Notes: a model not told the origin generated them from the letters alone. Shown: positions 13,101 through 24,942, numbered from the stretch's first letter. The stretch: DNA of 64,000 nucleotides from Oikopleura dioica (GCA_907165135.1 OU015569.1:496001-560000), one strand, 5' to 3'. Made by a program: numbers and translations.

Positions 13101-13782
13101 GAAGCCAGCGGCTTTTCGGGTTTTACGGAAGAATAGATCGAGTAGACTTACCAAGCTCTTCGGCAGTGGGCGTCGAATGCGTTTCATTCCAATTCGCTTC
13201 TTCAAAACTTGCGAGTCTGGTTTCGTACGCGTGCCAATCTGGATTATGCGACTCCTGCAGCAAGGGAATGAGAAAGGGGCAGCGCGGGTAGTGTCGGTGA
13301 TGCTCGTCGAGGGGAATGTCGGACGCTTCCCAGCGCTGCAATCTGCCTTTGCAGTAGTCGCAGCGGACTGTGTCGGAGACTTCTTCGTCGTTGCTGGCGA
13401 TTTCGGGCGAGTAGAAGCGGAAACCAGCCAGGGCGAGCTGATCGGGTGAAACTAAACAAAAATAAGTGACTGAAAAGTGACCTGAATACAGGAGCTCTTT
13501 CGACTTACTGGGACAAGATTGAGGAAAGCCGTTGCTGAAGGAATTGAGTCTTTCGTAAAACTTCTCGTCCCTTCTTGGATAGTTCATGAGCACCATCGCG
13601 TCGGGCGAAATGCGCAGCGCCATGGAAATGACACTTTCTCGCGGCGTCGTTTCTGCCGTGACGACTTGGTGTTCCGTCGGATCCATCGAGTTGGGAATCA
13701 CTTCTTCCGTCGTCTGGCCGGTCACGCCCGTTTGCGTCTCCGCGACCGACATTTCGTCGAAAATGTCGCCGATTCGGTCCAT
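10164..13782 (-). CDS. Inhibitor of apoptosis protein (2 BIR + C-terminal RING)
   Basis: BIR1 CDYCKGRLQRWEASDIPLDEHHRHYPRCPF; BIR2 CFHCSTTLHSWEADDDVWIEHAKWSNNCGF; RING ECKVCMNARSSVMFLPCHHISCCPECAKKLPEDRCPVCR...FIS*. One GA-AG intron at 10351-10702. Confidence 0.92.
11000..11288. repeat. Inverted-repeat element with tandem arrays of the near-palindrome TTGGTATTCAAATACCAA
   Basis: CGCTCGGTTAGAATACC ... GGTATTCTAACCGAGCG ends; about 4 units at 11019-11098 and 2-3 units at 11225-11280. Confidence 0.75.
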
Positions 13783-13995
13783 TCTCGATTTTCTGAAAAG
13801 AATGAGGTTTCTTTTTGAAAAATTTTTGAAGAAATTTGGCAGTTTAAAATTGGAGAAAAACGGCAAAAACGGACTGTTTTTCAGATCGACGAATAAATAT
13901 TTGAAATCGAGATTCACGTGACAGTAGAAACTGATTACTGTAGCTCCGTCGCCGACGTTTCTTTCCATACAGTAACGAAAATGGCTCTCTGTAGC

Positions 13996-16130
13996 TCAAT
14001 TTCTGTAATAATTCAATCCAATGATGAAAAACTCTTCTGATTCTGTCCTCGACGATTTCGGCTTGAACTAATAGCGGATTTGATTAAAAATTTTTGATAA
14101 AAATTAAAAATAGAAACTGATTTTTCTTTCTTTTTTGTTCTTTGAAAATCCGTTTTCTCGTGGACGTGCTGGAAGTGCTGCTTCATCTTCAAGACTAGCT
14201 TTTGAGAAAGGGCTTTTGTTACAAAAGCGCCTCCCGGACTAAGCAGCAGCGGCAGGACGTCTTCGATTATTCGCTGCGAAAGTTGCGAGGAGGAATAAAT
14301 CGTCTGCTTCGGGTCTTGACTCGCTCCAGGATGCGCATCTAAATGCAAAATTGAATGCATTAATCAGCTTTCCCGAAAATTGAGAAACAAGATAAAGGTT
14401 TGAGCTTTCCTTTAGGGGAAGAAAATAAGGGTGTCACAACGCTAGCTTCAGATGAAAAGCTCGATGTCAAAGCTCGAGTTAAAGCTTTTGACATCGAACT
14501 TTTCCTCAAAAATTAGTGCTGTGACACCCTTATTTTCTTTCTCCAAAGGAAAGCACAACTCTTTATTCTAGTTCCTATGTAGGCTTATGGGTTCGCCAAC
14601 TTGTGTAGAAACCTGAATCAGGATTCGGGAGAGCTTTTCCTCAAATCTCTTCTTAATCTTGACTCAGGTTTCTACACAGATTACTGAGCCGAGATCTAGC
14701 CAAATAAAAATATCATTGGCGAATTTACAAAATTGAAAAGTAGCAAAAATTACTATTTTTTCTGGTTATTTTGAAGTCTCTTGAATTCGACAAAACTGGA
14801 ATGAAGATTGGAAAGCCGAGGTATTCGAATAAATAGTTTTCGATACGATCAGGCTCACGGAAAATTAGGAGAGTCTCAAGAGATCATCCTCTCAAAGAAC
14901 GATCAGATGTTTTTTCAAGCGCAAACAGTTCATTTTTCTTTACCGGAGACAATGAGTTGAAAGTGAGTTCGTTCGTTTTGGATTTGCTGGAGAGTTCGTT
15001 TTTCGAAAATGTCGCCAATTATCTGTTTCGCCCCGCTGATCTCGCGAAACGGGCGCAAATCGCAGCTCACACAGGAGCCAGCGCGTTTTACATCCTTTTC
15101 TTCGTCTTTTTCTTTCGAAGAACTAAGAAAGGACATCGAGTAGATCTCGTCCAGCAAACTTTCTTCATTTTCCAAAACTTTTTGCTTTTGAAGCGTTTCG
15201 TTTTCTGAATCAGCAAAAGAATTTGAACCAAGTTTTAATTCTTCAACGATGACTTGGCTCCAACCGCCAGGGCTTTTTTACAGTTGCGAAATTGAAAGTA
15301 CTCATTATTTTGGCCAATAATTTATTTAGTAAAATAATTCAGTAATGGCAATATAAATATTATTCTAGAGGCAAATATTGTAGTTTTTCATTTTATTCCT
15401 GTTGTAGATCTTAACTTGAAGATTTTCGCTCTTTTTATTTCAAATTTAGTGGTCGTTCTAGCTGAGCATCGATATTCAGAAAATTCATTTTATTTTTTGT
15501 GATGATCGAATCAAGCTTCCCCTTTTTAAACTTTCGAAATCGTCGGAGGCGCCCTATTTTCGGCAAAAAAAAACGAGTTAACAGCGACCTACTTTCATGC
15601 AAACAAAAATCCGGGCTGTGCAAATATTCCTAGTTTCAGATTGGACCCTTTACTGCATTTCAACCTGTGTACAAAACCTGACTCAGGGTTCTTCAGGGAG
15701 TTATATGGTAATTTTGGCGAAGCCGCTTCGAAGACCCTGACTCAGGTTCGGACACAGGTGGGCAAGCCGAGCTACTGTATTTCTACCTTTTCCATGGTCT
15801 TAATCAAATTTAGGGAGTTTTGTAACTGTTTTCCTGGCTCCAATATCAAGAACATCGATTCCTGGCGAAATGATCCCAAACTCGTTTTGAATTTCGACCA
15901 GTTTAAACGCCGATCGACATCTGTAATTCTGAATCTTGGCCATTTTGGCGTAGGGATCGCGCGACTGCTGCATCAAGTAGTAAGAACTGCCTTCGACTCT
16001 CTCCGGCGCGCTTTCAAACATTGCTCCTTTGATCACGGCTCCGCGCTTTTTCTTCGAGTTCTTTCCTTGCGGACGGCTTCGGCGGGCTTGGACGTCATGG
16101 TTGATTCTCTTAGGGGCTTTGGCTTTCTAA
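13996..16130 (-). CDS. MRM2: Mitochondrial rRNA methyltransferase 2 (FtsJ/RrmJ family); 5' end unresolved
   Basis: RDPYAKMAKIQNYRCRSAFKLVEIQ, VLDIGASPGGWSQV, VSDAHPG, PGGAFVTK, KPKSSRTESEEF (K-D-K-E tetrad). GA-AG introns at 15273-15833 and 14068-14159. Confidence 0.88.
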
Positions 16131-16393
16131 CTTGGCTCGGTAACCTGAGCAGAAAACCTGAGTCAGGGTCTGAGAAAGCTTATATATAAAAGCCGCGTAG
16201 CGGCTTTTTCTAAAAGAAGCCGCGCAGCGGCTTCGCTAAAACCACCTTTTCAATCTACTTTTTACAATCTGATTGGTTCAGAAATAGAATAAAGGTTTCT
16301 GATTGGCCAACTTCTAAAATAGATTTAGGTGGAGATTTCAGCGAAGCCGCTTTGCGGCTTTTTTAAAAGCCGCTACGCTAGAGCTCTCTTTAA

Positions 16394-17143
16394 GGATATA
16401 GCCGTTCTCAAGGCACTTTCGTAGCGCCGAAATAGGGCGATAAAATTTTTTCATTTCAAGACAGGTCCTACCTAAAATTATGTGTAGAATTCAATTCTGA
16501 TGTTTTTTAAAATTTTTTCAAAGAAAACTTCTCTCTGGAGCGATTTGAAATCTTACGATCACTTTTTCTCGAAATTTTTCAATTAAATCGCTAAAACTAA
16601 ACCGTGTATTATTATAAATAACTGCTAATCTATCTTCCTAGGGCCTCAAAATTTCAAAATACAAGAAAATTTTCATTCTAGCGTCTTCTTCTTTTTGGCT
16701 TTTCTTTTTCATAAATGCTGCGTTCAGGGCGCTCGACCAATCAGAGCGCTCTTTCACATGGGCGCCTCACCGCGCGATGGAGGAGGGCGCCCAGCGCAGC
16801 AAACCAGAGCGCTGTCTGACGCTTCGGCTTACTCAAGTAAGCCTCATAAAAATGGCTCTCGAATCATAAATAATTGGAATCTATTAAAATTTAGGCCCTA
16901 CGAATGTAGAGAAAGGTCCAAATTTTTAATTTATCAAAAACTCGACCGATTTAATGGAAAATTCTCGAGAAAAAGTGATCGTAAGCTTTAAAATTGCTCT
17001 AGAGAGAAATTTTTCCATTAAAAAATTAAAAAGAACACTAGAATCGGGTAAATAAGGCAATTTTAGGTAGGGTTCCTTTTGAAATGAAAAATTTTATCGT
17101 CCCCTTTTGGCGTTACGAAAGTGCCTTGAGAACGGCTATATCC
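16394..17143. mobile_element. TTAA-flanked long-TIR foldback element (Kolobok-like)
   Basis: TTAA|GGATATAGCCGTTCTCAAGGCACTTTCGTA ... TACGAAAGTGCCTTGAGAACGGCTATATCC|TTAA; GC-rich centre with a CCAAT box. Confidence 0.8.
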
Positions 17144-19088
17144 TTAAACCTCTAGATATACCCTGACACAGGTTTTTACACAGGCTCTGAAAAGCAAGAA
17201 AAAGACCCTTTCCTGCTGGGCAGCGCCTTGGTAGCCCGGTTTATGACTGTAAAAACGAACGATGCTTTTACTTATCCGATTCATTCTCTAAAAAAGGGGA
17301 TGATGGTTTTGGCAGATGAGGAGAATATTATATTCTTCTGGGTTATTCTCTCCGTCTTGAGGAAATGAAGGAAAAAAGGAAAAGAAGAAAAGGAGAATTC
17401 CCAGGGGCGAGGGCGCGCGGCCAATCAAGATTCTCCTTTTTGGAAATCCATCTTGATCACAGTTAATTCTAATTTGACTCGAAGTACAGTAAGAAGATAT
17501 TGCTGCTAATTAGAATTTTTAATGAATATTTATATTTCATATATATTTCAGTAGAGCATTTTTCTTTCAAATTACTGTTTCATAATTACAGTAGCATTCA
17601 TAAGTTCCAAAATCTCCTCTAGAATTGGTTTCAGAAACCGCAATTACGGCTTTTCCAGGGAGATTTTGGAAAGTACGAATGCTACTGTAATAGTAGTTTG
17701 AAATAGAAAATGTGCTACTCTCGACAACCTGTGTAGAAAACCTGAGTCAGGGGCTGAAAGGTCTTTCAGTAGCCCTTCAGGTTGCCGAGCCCAGAGTATA
17801 TTTGATCTAGGCTCGGCAACCTGTGCAGAAACCTGAGTCAGGGTTCAGAAGGACGGCTCAATTCTTAAATTCAGCCTTTTTCAAGACCCTGACTCAGGTT
17901 TTCTACAAAGGTTGCCGAGCTCATTTTCAAGCTGATTTGAGCATCATCAATTCTGACGATGCTCATTGTTTGAGTAAGCAGGCTTCATCGGCAAGCGGAA
18001 AACTTTGGCCCTAGCAACTCATTGTCAGTATTTGTCATTCTGGCGGTGAGTAGGCCTGGCTCAATAAAAGCGCGCTGCCGGGGCGGCTTGGCTTCAGTTT
18101 GAAATCCAAAGCAGGGTCGCGCAGCCTGTTTCAAACTCCAGTAGCGGTACTTCGAGAAAAACCCTTTAGAGCTGTCGATGTGCACGAGGATAGAATCTTT
18201 CCGACTGACCGATACTTCGTTTCGAGCGCCTCTTTCACGGGGCGTTCAAAAACTTTTCAAACTTGCGCGAAGGAGAGATTCCCGAGTCCCAAGTCGTGAG
18301 CCACGCCCTATTCCGCAAGCCGCAGTCACTCGATTTCTAGTGCCAGGCGGGGCGGCTCACGGCGACCCGAGTTTTCTTAACTCAGGGGTTCGCAAAGACT
18401 TCATCCCTTAGAGATTGTCTTACTGTAAGTCCTTCTGAGGCAAGGGGACAATTCTGGGGATGAAGGATAAAATAGCGAACACCAGAGTTTCAATCGACGA
18501 ATATGTACGAGAATTTAAAACAAAGACATTTCTTCAAATGGATATTATTTATTGAGTAATTTATTAATATATCATATATTATATATGTAAGTAAGTAGAA
18601 GCTTCTATCAATCTAGAGGGAGGGGGAGAAAGAGTTTCATTTTATTTTTATAAAAGATAAAAATCGAATATATTCCGCATCCAAGCACTTTGAAAGTTCC
18701 TGAAAACGTAAGAAAAGTCGCATTTTAAAAGTTATTTGAAATGGGTAGTTCAAACTTTGACGCTTTTTATAATTCGAAAAATTTGCGATGGCGCTATTTT
18801 TTGCTAAAAACTGGAGCACAAAATATTTTCATAACCTATTTTCATGCAAACAAGGATCTGGGCTGTCCAAATTTTCCTACCATCGTCCCGGTAGCTTCTT
18901 TATTTGACAAGCAAGGTAACCAATTCAGAATCCCAATCTACTAATCTGTCCGTTTCGCCGCGAATGACACTGAACTGATGACCTTGAAGAAAATTGGCAT
19001 CAACGAGGATGATCCCCTTTTTGACGAGATTGGTCTATTTAGAGGTCGTAGCCTTTCTACTGAATATTTTCTTCATTCCTCTTTCAAA

Positions 19089-22000
19089 ATGCTTCTTTTC
19101 TACTTTTTCTTTTTCCTTTTGGAATTCGCTGAAGGAAAAAACGAAGAATACGAAATTTTCAACCATGTCTTTGAAAATTACAACCCAGAGGTTCGTCCTT
19201 CCGACTGGACTCGGCAACCTGTGCAGAAAACCTGAGTCAGGGTCTGAGAGAAATGCTACGCGGCTTTTCATTTTAGTTTTTTCAGACCCTGACTCAGGCT
19301 TTCTACACAGGTTGCCGAGCCCAACCTACCGATGGAGATGGAGTCATAAAGGTAGTTTCTTGATGAATTTCGGGATGAACTTTTTTGTTGAAAAAAGGTG
19401 GAAATTGCACTGACAATGCAGCAAATGATAAATTTGGACGAGAAGCGCGAGACAGTAACGATTTCCGCCTTCCCAGAGGTAGAACAGTACTGTAAAAATC
19501 CGGTAAAAGAGCTTCAGTACACTTGGGTGGATCAGCGGCTAAAGTGGGAGCCGAAAAGTTCAACGAGCAGCACCTGGGCTCGGCAACCTGTGTCGAAAAC
19601 CTGAGTCAGGTTCTGAAAGAGCTAAAATGATTTTCAGAACCTGACTCAGGTTTTCTACACAGGTTGCCGAGCCCAGAGCAGCACACAATCAACATGCCAG
19701 TCGAGAAGATTTGGCAGCCCTCGATCATTCTCTACAGCAATACTGATGGCATTTACGACCCTACTGTCCCAGTCATGGCCCCTGTAAAAAGGAAAATGTT
19801 CGAGAGGAAAGAAAAACAGTAATTTCGCTCCAAAGCGAACAGAAAAAATAGCTCAGGCCGAGTTCACTGGATGCCGCCTGGAATCTTTCGCACAAAAGTT
19901 CGGAAAAAGCTTTTCAAAAATTCTAGTAATAAAATTCTAGTGCAAAATCGACGTGTCTCTCTTCCCCTTTGACTGGCAAAATTGCTCGATGGCATTTCGA
20001 ACTTACAATTACGACAAAAACGAGGTCCAGCTCGCGGCAAGAGACACTCAAGAAACGGATGCTTTTTCTTGAATCTTTTCGAAAATTGCTTTGAAAGCAA
20101 GAAAAAGTGATAATCGATCAATTCTACTACCAGAGCAATGGAGAGTGGGATCTCATCTTTTGATTTCTGGTTGAAAAAGTCGCGTTTCTTGAAAAATTTC
20201 TCATAAAAATCGTCAACCGGAAAAAGTCCCGCGAAAAGCACTTCAGACGAGCAAATGGAAGAAGTCACATTCTTCTTTATTTTCCGGCGAAAAAGTCTAT
20301 TTTACGTAAAAAGTCAGGAAGAAACCTGACTGAACAATTTGTTTTCAGATCATCACTTTCGTCGTCCCGTGCATTTTGATTACTCTTTTGTCAGTTGGAA
20401 CTTTTATAATTCCCCCAGCTTCGAATCAAAATCCACTTGGCGATTAGCTCCTTGGGCTCGGCAACCTGTGTCAAAACCTGACTCAGGGCCCCAAAAGAGC
20501 TTCGATAAAAAGCTGTGTAGGACCCTGACTCAGGTTTCTGCACAGGTTGTCAAGCCCAGGATAAGCGTCTTTATGGGACTCACCGGTTAGCTTCTCACCG
20601 GCCATCAGCTGGGCTCAGCAACTGTGTAGAAAACCTGAGTCAGTTTTTGAAGAGTTTTGAAACATAACCAATTAAGGGTGTCCCCAACGATTTATCCAAA
20701 ACATTGTTTACTTTGAGTTAACGTTGGGGACACCCTTAATTCGTTATGTTTCGAAGCTGTTCAAAACCTAACTCAGGTTTTCTACACAGGTTGCTGAGCC
20801 CAGGCCATCAGTATTTTTAACCCCTATTCTAGTGTATCTGTCGATGCTCGCTCGACTCACGCCTGAAACGGACTCGCTGCCCCTGCTTTCCCGCTTCTTG
20901 ATGGTTTCTCTGATGAGCGTCTCTCTCTCGATTCTCGCTTCCGTGCTGGTGATTTGGATTCACGAGCGTTGTTTATTACTTATTTCAATTTTGAATTCCA
21001 CGCTGTGAGAATTCGGACTGTGATAAACTTACTTAAATAGTATAATGGGAATAGAAATTGTGATGTTCCCGAGTCACTCAGGCGCATCATCTTTCAGCCC
21101 TGCTCCAAGCTCTTATTTTCTAAATTGTTCGCCATTGAGAGGAAAGGATAAATCCTTGCTGCGCCTTTTTTAATTCTCATTCTAAGAACTCTCGAGGAAC
21201 AACTCTTCTCGACCTTGCAAAGGAAGAAAAACTGCTCGCAAAGAATCTTGAAAGGAGAAACACGCACTCGCGAAAACGACTTCGGCCAAAGTGGTTTCAT
21301 GGGCTTTTATTTTTCAACTCGATTTTGGGCTCGGCGACCTGTGTAGAAACCTGAGTCAGGGTTCTGAGGAGCTTGAATACCGCGATTCTCGCTTCTGACT
21401 GAATGTTTTTCGGCTGGGCTCGGCAACCTGAGAAGAAAACCTGAGTCAGGGTCTGAAAGAACTGAAATGACCCTGACTCAGGTTTTCTACTCAGGTTGCA
21501 GAGTCCAGTTTTTCGGTCATACTTCAGCAAAAGGGGAGATGCAATTGGCGGCTAAAAGCAGAATAAGACGAAAAAGCCGCTCTTCCCGCGGCTAAATTTC
21601 CATTTATTCGAAGCCGCAACTATTGCAATTCTTTCAGCAGTAGTTTTACTGAAATAAGACCGAAAAACAGTCAGTCGAAACTAAGAATCGCGGTGAGATT
21701 CAAGCTCTTTCAGGACCCTGACTCAGGTTTCGACACAAGTCGCCGAGCCCTGTTACGATTCCAATGCAAGAAGCCGCCGAGGAGATTTACTCCACCGACA
21801 AGTTTCTCGAAAAGAAGCAGCAACAAAAGGCGCTGAAAGATCGTTGGATGCTGCTGGCGATGATTGTTGACCGGTAAAGATAAATCGGAGGTCTCTTTCG
21901 CGAGTTTTCAGAATTTTACTGATTCTGTACATGATTTACATCGTTTCCCTCGGAATCTGGTTCGTCAACGAAGTCTTTTACTGCCGCACTCTTCCGTCAA

Positions 22001-22123
22001 GCGCGTTTCCACTCGAAAATGACCCTGGATACAGTAATCTCAACTGTTGTTCCTGCTTATTTTCTTTTCTTAGATTTTACGAAGCAATGGGACAGAAGAT
22101 GCGATCAACAATCAGCAATTTAA
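19089..22123 (+). CDS. Cys-loop ligand-gated ion channel subunit (nAChR/5-HT3-like, non-alpha); MITE-interrupted exons and A-run frameshifts
   Basis: Signal peptide [43 protein letters not shown], Cys-loop [16 protein letters not shown]1 [13 protein letters not shown]2 [17 protein letters not shown]3, and M4 after [10 protein letters not shown]. No vicinal cysteines seen. Confidence 0.88.
19205..19324. mobile_element. MITE copy inside coding sequence of the ion channel gene
   Basis: TSD CCTTCCGA (19197-19204) / CCTACCGA (19325-19332). Confidence 0.8.
19574..19676. mobile_element. MITE copy inside coding sequence of the ion channel gene
   Basis: Perfect TSD AGCAGCAC (19566-19573 / 19677-19684); termini CTGGGCTCGG...CCGAGCCCAG. 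Confidence 0.9.
20450..20559. mobile_element. MITE copy within the M2-helix coding sequence
   Basis: Degenerate TSD GATTAGCT (20442) / GATAAGCG (20560); ends in CCCAG. Confidence 0.75.
20609..20803. mobile_element. Intronic MITE copy carrying the nested 60-bp TTAA mini-element
   Basis: Perfect TSD GCCATCAG (20601-20608 / 20804-20811). Confidence 0.9.
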
Positions 22124-22586
22124 AAATAGAATCTGATAATAAAATCATTAAAAAACGACTCTTGTTTGTTTCTGTGAATCAAAATGAGCTCAGCAACCTG
22201 TGTAGAAAACCTGAGTCAGGGTCGAAAGAAACGGCTTCGCAAAATTATTATTTCAATCAATTTTCTAACCCTGAGTCAGGTTTTCTACACAGGTTGCCGA
22301 GGCCAGAGTATATTTGATCAAAGCTCGGCAACTTGTGCAGAAACCTGAGTCAGGGTTCAGAAAGACGGCTCAATTCTTAAATTCAACCTTTTTCAGGACC
22401 CTGACTCAGGTTTTCTACACAGATTGCGGAGCCCGAGTTTTATTAAAAGTGTTTTGTTTCAGTTTCAAAAATAGTTGATACAGGTAGTCAAAGTGATACA
22501 GGTTCAGTGATGAATTTATAAAAATAGGGTTGAATTGGCAAAAAGCAAAATTGACGAGTTGAGGGCTGAGAGAGAGTCGAAGGAGC

Positions 22587-23082
22587 TTACTTCTCCGATT
22601 TCCATATGTGAATGCCGTACACGCCCTGGTAGTACATCATGAGAACGGTGCCTTTTTTGAGAGCTCCAATTTACTGAACTACTATCAAATTTTTTCTGCT
22701 TTGGAACTCTTTGGAACTCTTTCCTTTGACGGCTTGAAACTCGCTGTGGAATGCTTTTCCAATCACAATATTCCACCCAACGCCGAACTTCTTATTTAAC
22801 ACTTCAAACGTTTCTTTTCAGAAAAAATTGGTTATTCTCCTAATTTCGACAGTTTTTTACCTTTAGCGGCGAGTCCGAAAGGGTGCTTTTCCAAAAGTCC
22901 GACGACGAGTTCTTGAATTTCCGTGCTCATTTCTTCATTCATGTCCGATTCTGGCAAGACCAGCGGAAATCTTCACCAAATAAGTTATCTTTCAAAATAG
23001 CTTTTTCAAAAATTGCTTACTGATGTGCCTTGGCATGTTCGACGTCGATGTCTCGGCGCTCGCCTTCTTCTTCTTTGTTCAT
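22587..23082 (-). CDS. DNAL4: Dynein axonemal light chain 4 homolog
   Basis: Spliced RFPLVLPESDMNEEMSTEIQELVVGLLEKH...KKFGVGWNIVIGKAFHSEFQAVKGTVLMMYYQGVYGIHIWKSEK* matches the DNAL4 pattern FPLV-x-SDMPEEM...KKFG-x-WHVVIG...VWK. GA-AG intron at 22652-22723. Confidence 0.85.
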
Positions 23083-23336
23083 TTTTCCGTCTTTTTCAAA
23101 TAAAGAATTTTTTAATAAATTTCATCCCAAAATATCGCGTTCTAGAGAGACGCCTTTTTCGCGAATTTGTCATTTCCTGTAGACAGGTGAAATCAAGGAG
23201 GAAAACCAAAACCTCAACAACACACTTTAAAAAATAAACTGCAAATTAACGTAAAAACATCAAATTTCGCTTATCTTCCTTTCAAAATAGGAAAATAAGG
23301 GACTCGCTTTTTCAAAAAGGAAAAGAGGTTCCCAAA

Positions 23337-24942
23337 ATGGGAATTTTGGATCTCTGCGTGGGTCAAAAATCGAACCAAGCGGTCGTCTGGGAAGGCCAGA
23401 AACCGTTCTGGTGAATCGATTGTTTTTAACCGAAAACAACAAGCAGGATATCCCGGATTTGGGCATCCTGTGAAGAAAACCTGAGTCAGGTCTTGTAAGA
23501 TCAAAAATGAAAAGCCGCGAAATATAAGAAATAGATTATGTTAATTTTGGCGAAGCCGCTTTGCAGCTTCGTTTTTAATAAAGCCGCTATGCGGCTTTTC
23601 ATTTTTGATCTCTCCAAAACCTGACTCAGGCTTTCTACACATGCTGTCAAGCCTAGATCCTAGATATGATAATTTGGAAAGGTTTTTTAATGCATTCAAA
23701 ATTGGCGAATTGAGTCCAGCAAATAAGCAAACAGGCAAAATAACTAAACCGGTCCGAACGACCTAGTTTTAGTTTGAAAATTTCCAAAATTACTATTTTG
23801 GGAACACACAAAGCCGCGAAAATACGGCGCCGCGTGTCCAGTAGGGCGGAACTGACGAGTGACCTGCTGCGTCGGTCAGTGCCATCTGTCGAGCAGGGAG
23901 GTTCTTGGCGGGTGCTTTCCAGTCACGGGTGAGCGCCGCTAATTCCGCCAGATTTGCAGATCGGGGCGAGAGAGAAAAATACGGCGCTCAGAAACGGGAA
24001 AATGCCTGTAGAGAACGGACGACTGGAAATTGGCGATTACGAGCTGCTCTGGATGAAGACGATCGAAATGCTCAGCGTTCTCAACGACGAGATACGGTAT
24101 TTAGCTCAGTCGTCTCCATTTTTATTCAAAGAAAAACACAACCTGTGTAGAAAACCTGAGTCAGGGTCTGAAAAAGCTTAAATGAAAAGCCGCGCAGCGG
24201 CTTTTCAAAAACGAAGCCGCAAAGCGGCTTCGCCTGGATATTTAATGATAGATTTGAATAGTAAGCTCTTTGAGACCCTGACTCAGGTTTTCACACAGGC
24301 CTTAAAATACGAGTACTTGTGTAAAAGAGATTTATAGTCTGGTCCGGCGACTGTACAACCGGCCTGTGACGGGGAGAAGAGCAAAGACCAAGTTCCCGAA
24401 AGAGATTCGCGTCTACCTGCGCCAGTACTACTCCAAAGAGATCAAAACCGAAGTCGTCGTCGACAGAATTCGCAACAGATTAGGAAACGCTTGAAATTGA
24501 TTTCGATTTTCAAAATTATGATTTTTGATTTTCAAAAGAAGATGCTTTGAATTTCAAATTTTTTCAAGCGTAGTTAGAGCACCAATCGTTGGGCTGGAAA
24601 GCGTGCCGTTTGAATTTGACGAAGACGTTCACGCCGATCGGGCTGGAGCTGACGGACCGGGTGTATTGGAGCATTCGCGAGTTGGGAATGATCGAGCGGC
24701 GACGATCCTACGCGATCGTCAAGTGGGAGCTCTGGAAGTACAGACAGCGCATGGCCGTCCTCTTTCCCGATGTGCTGTTCCGCAACCGCGTCATCTACAA
24801 AATCCTCGGTAGCTTTTCATGTCTCTTCGTTCTCTCTTATTTCGTTCTAGACAACTTGGTCGCGGCCTGGCAGAAACCATCTTGTCCCTGGCACCCCGTT
24901 CTTTTCGACAAGGGTAGGAACTGCGCTTTGCAGCCTGTGTAG
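23337..24942 (+). CDS. Uncharacterised multi-exon protein, head-to-head with DNAL4 (3' end uncertain)
   Basis: Phase-compatible exons MGILDLCVGQ... / ...GDYELLWMKTIEMLSVLNDEIR / LVRRLYNRP...IRNRL / EHQSLGWKACRL...RNRVIYKIL with C-ending codon bias; one A-run frameshift needed; family not recognised. Confidence 0.55.

Noticed and set aside
22860-22930. LOTUS/OST-HTH-like reading of EIQELVVGLLEKHPFG
   Set aside because: The full spliced model matches DNAL4 much better
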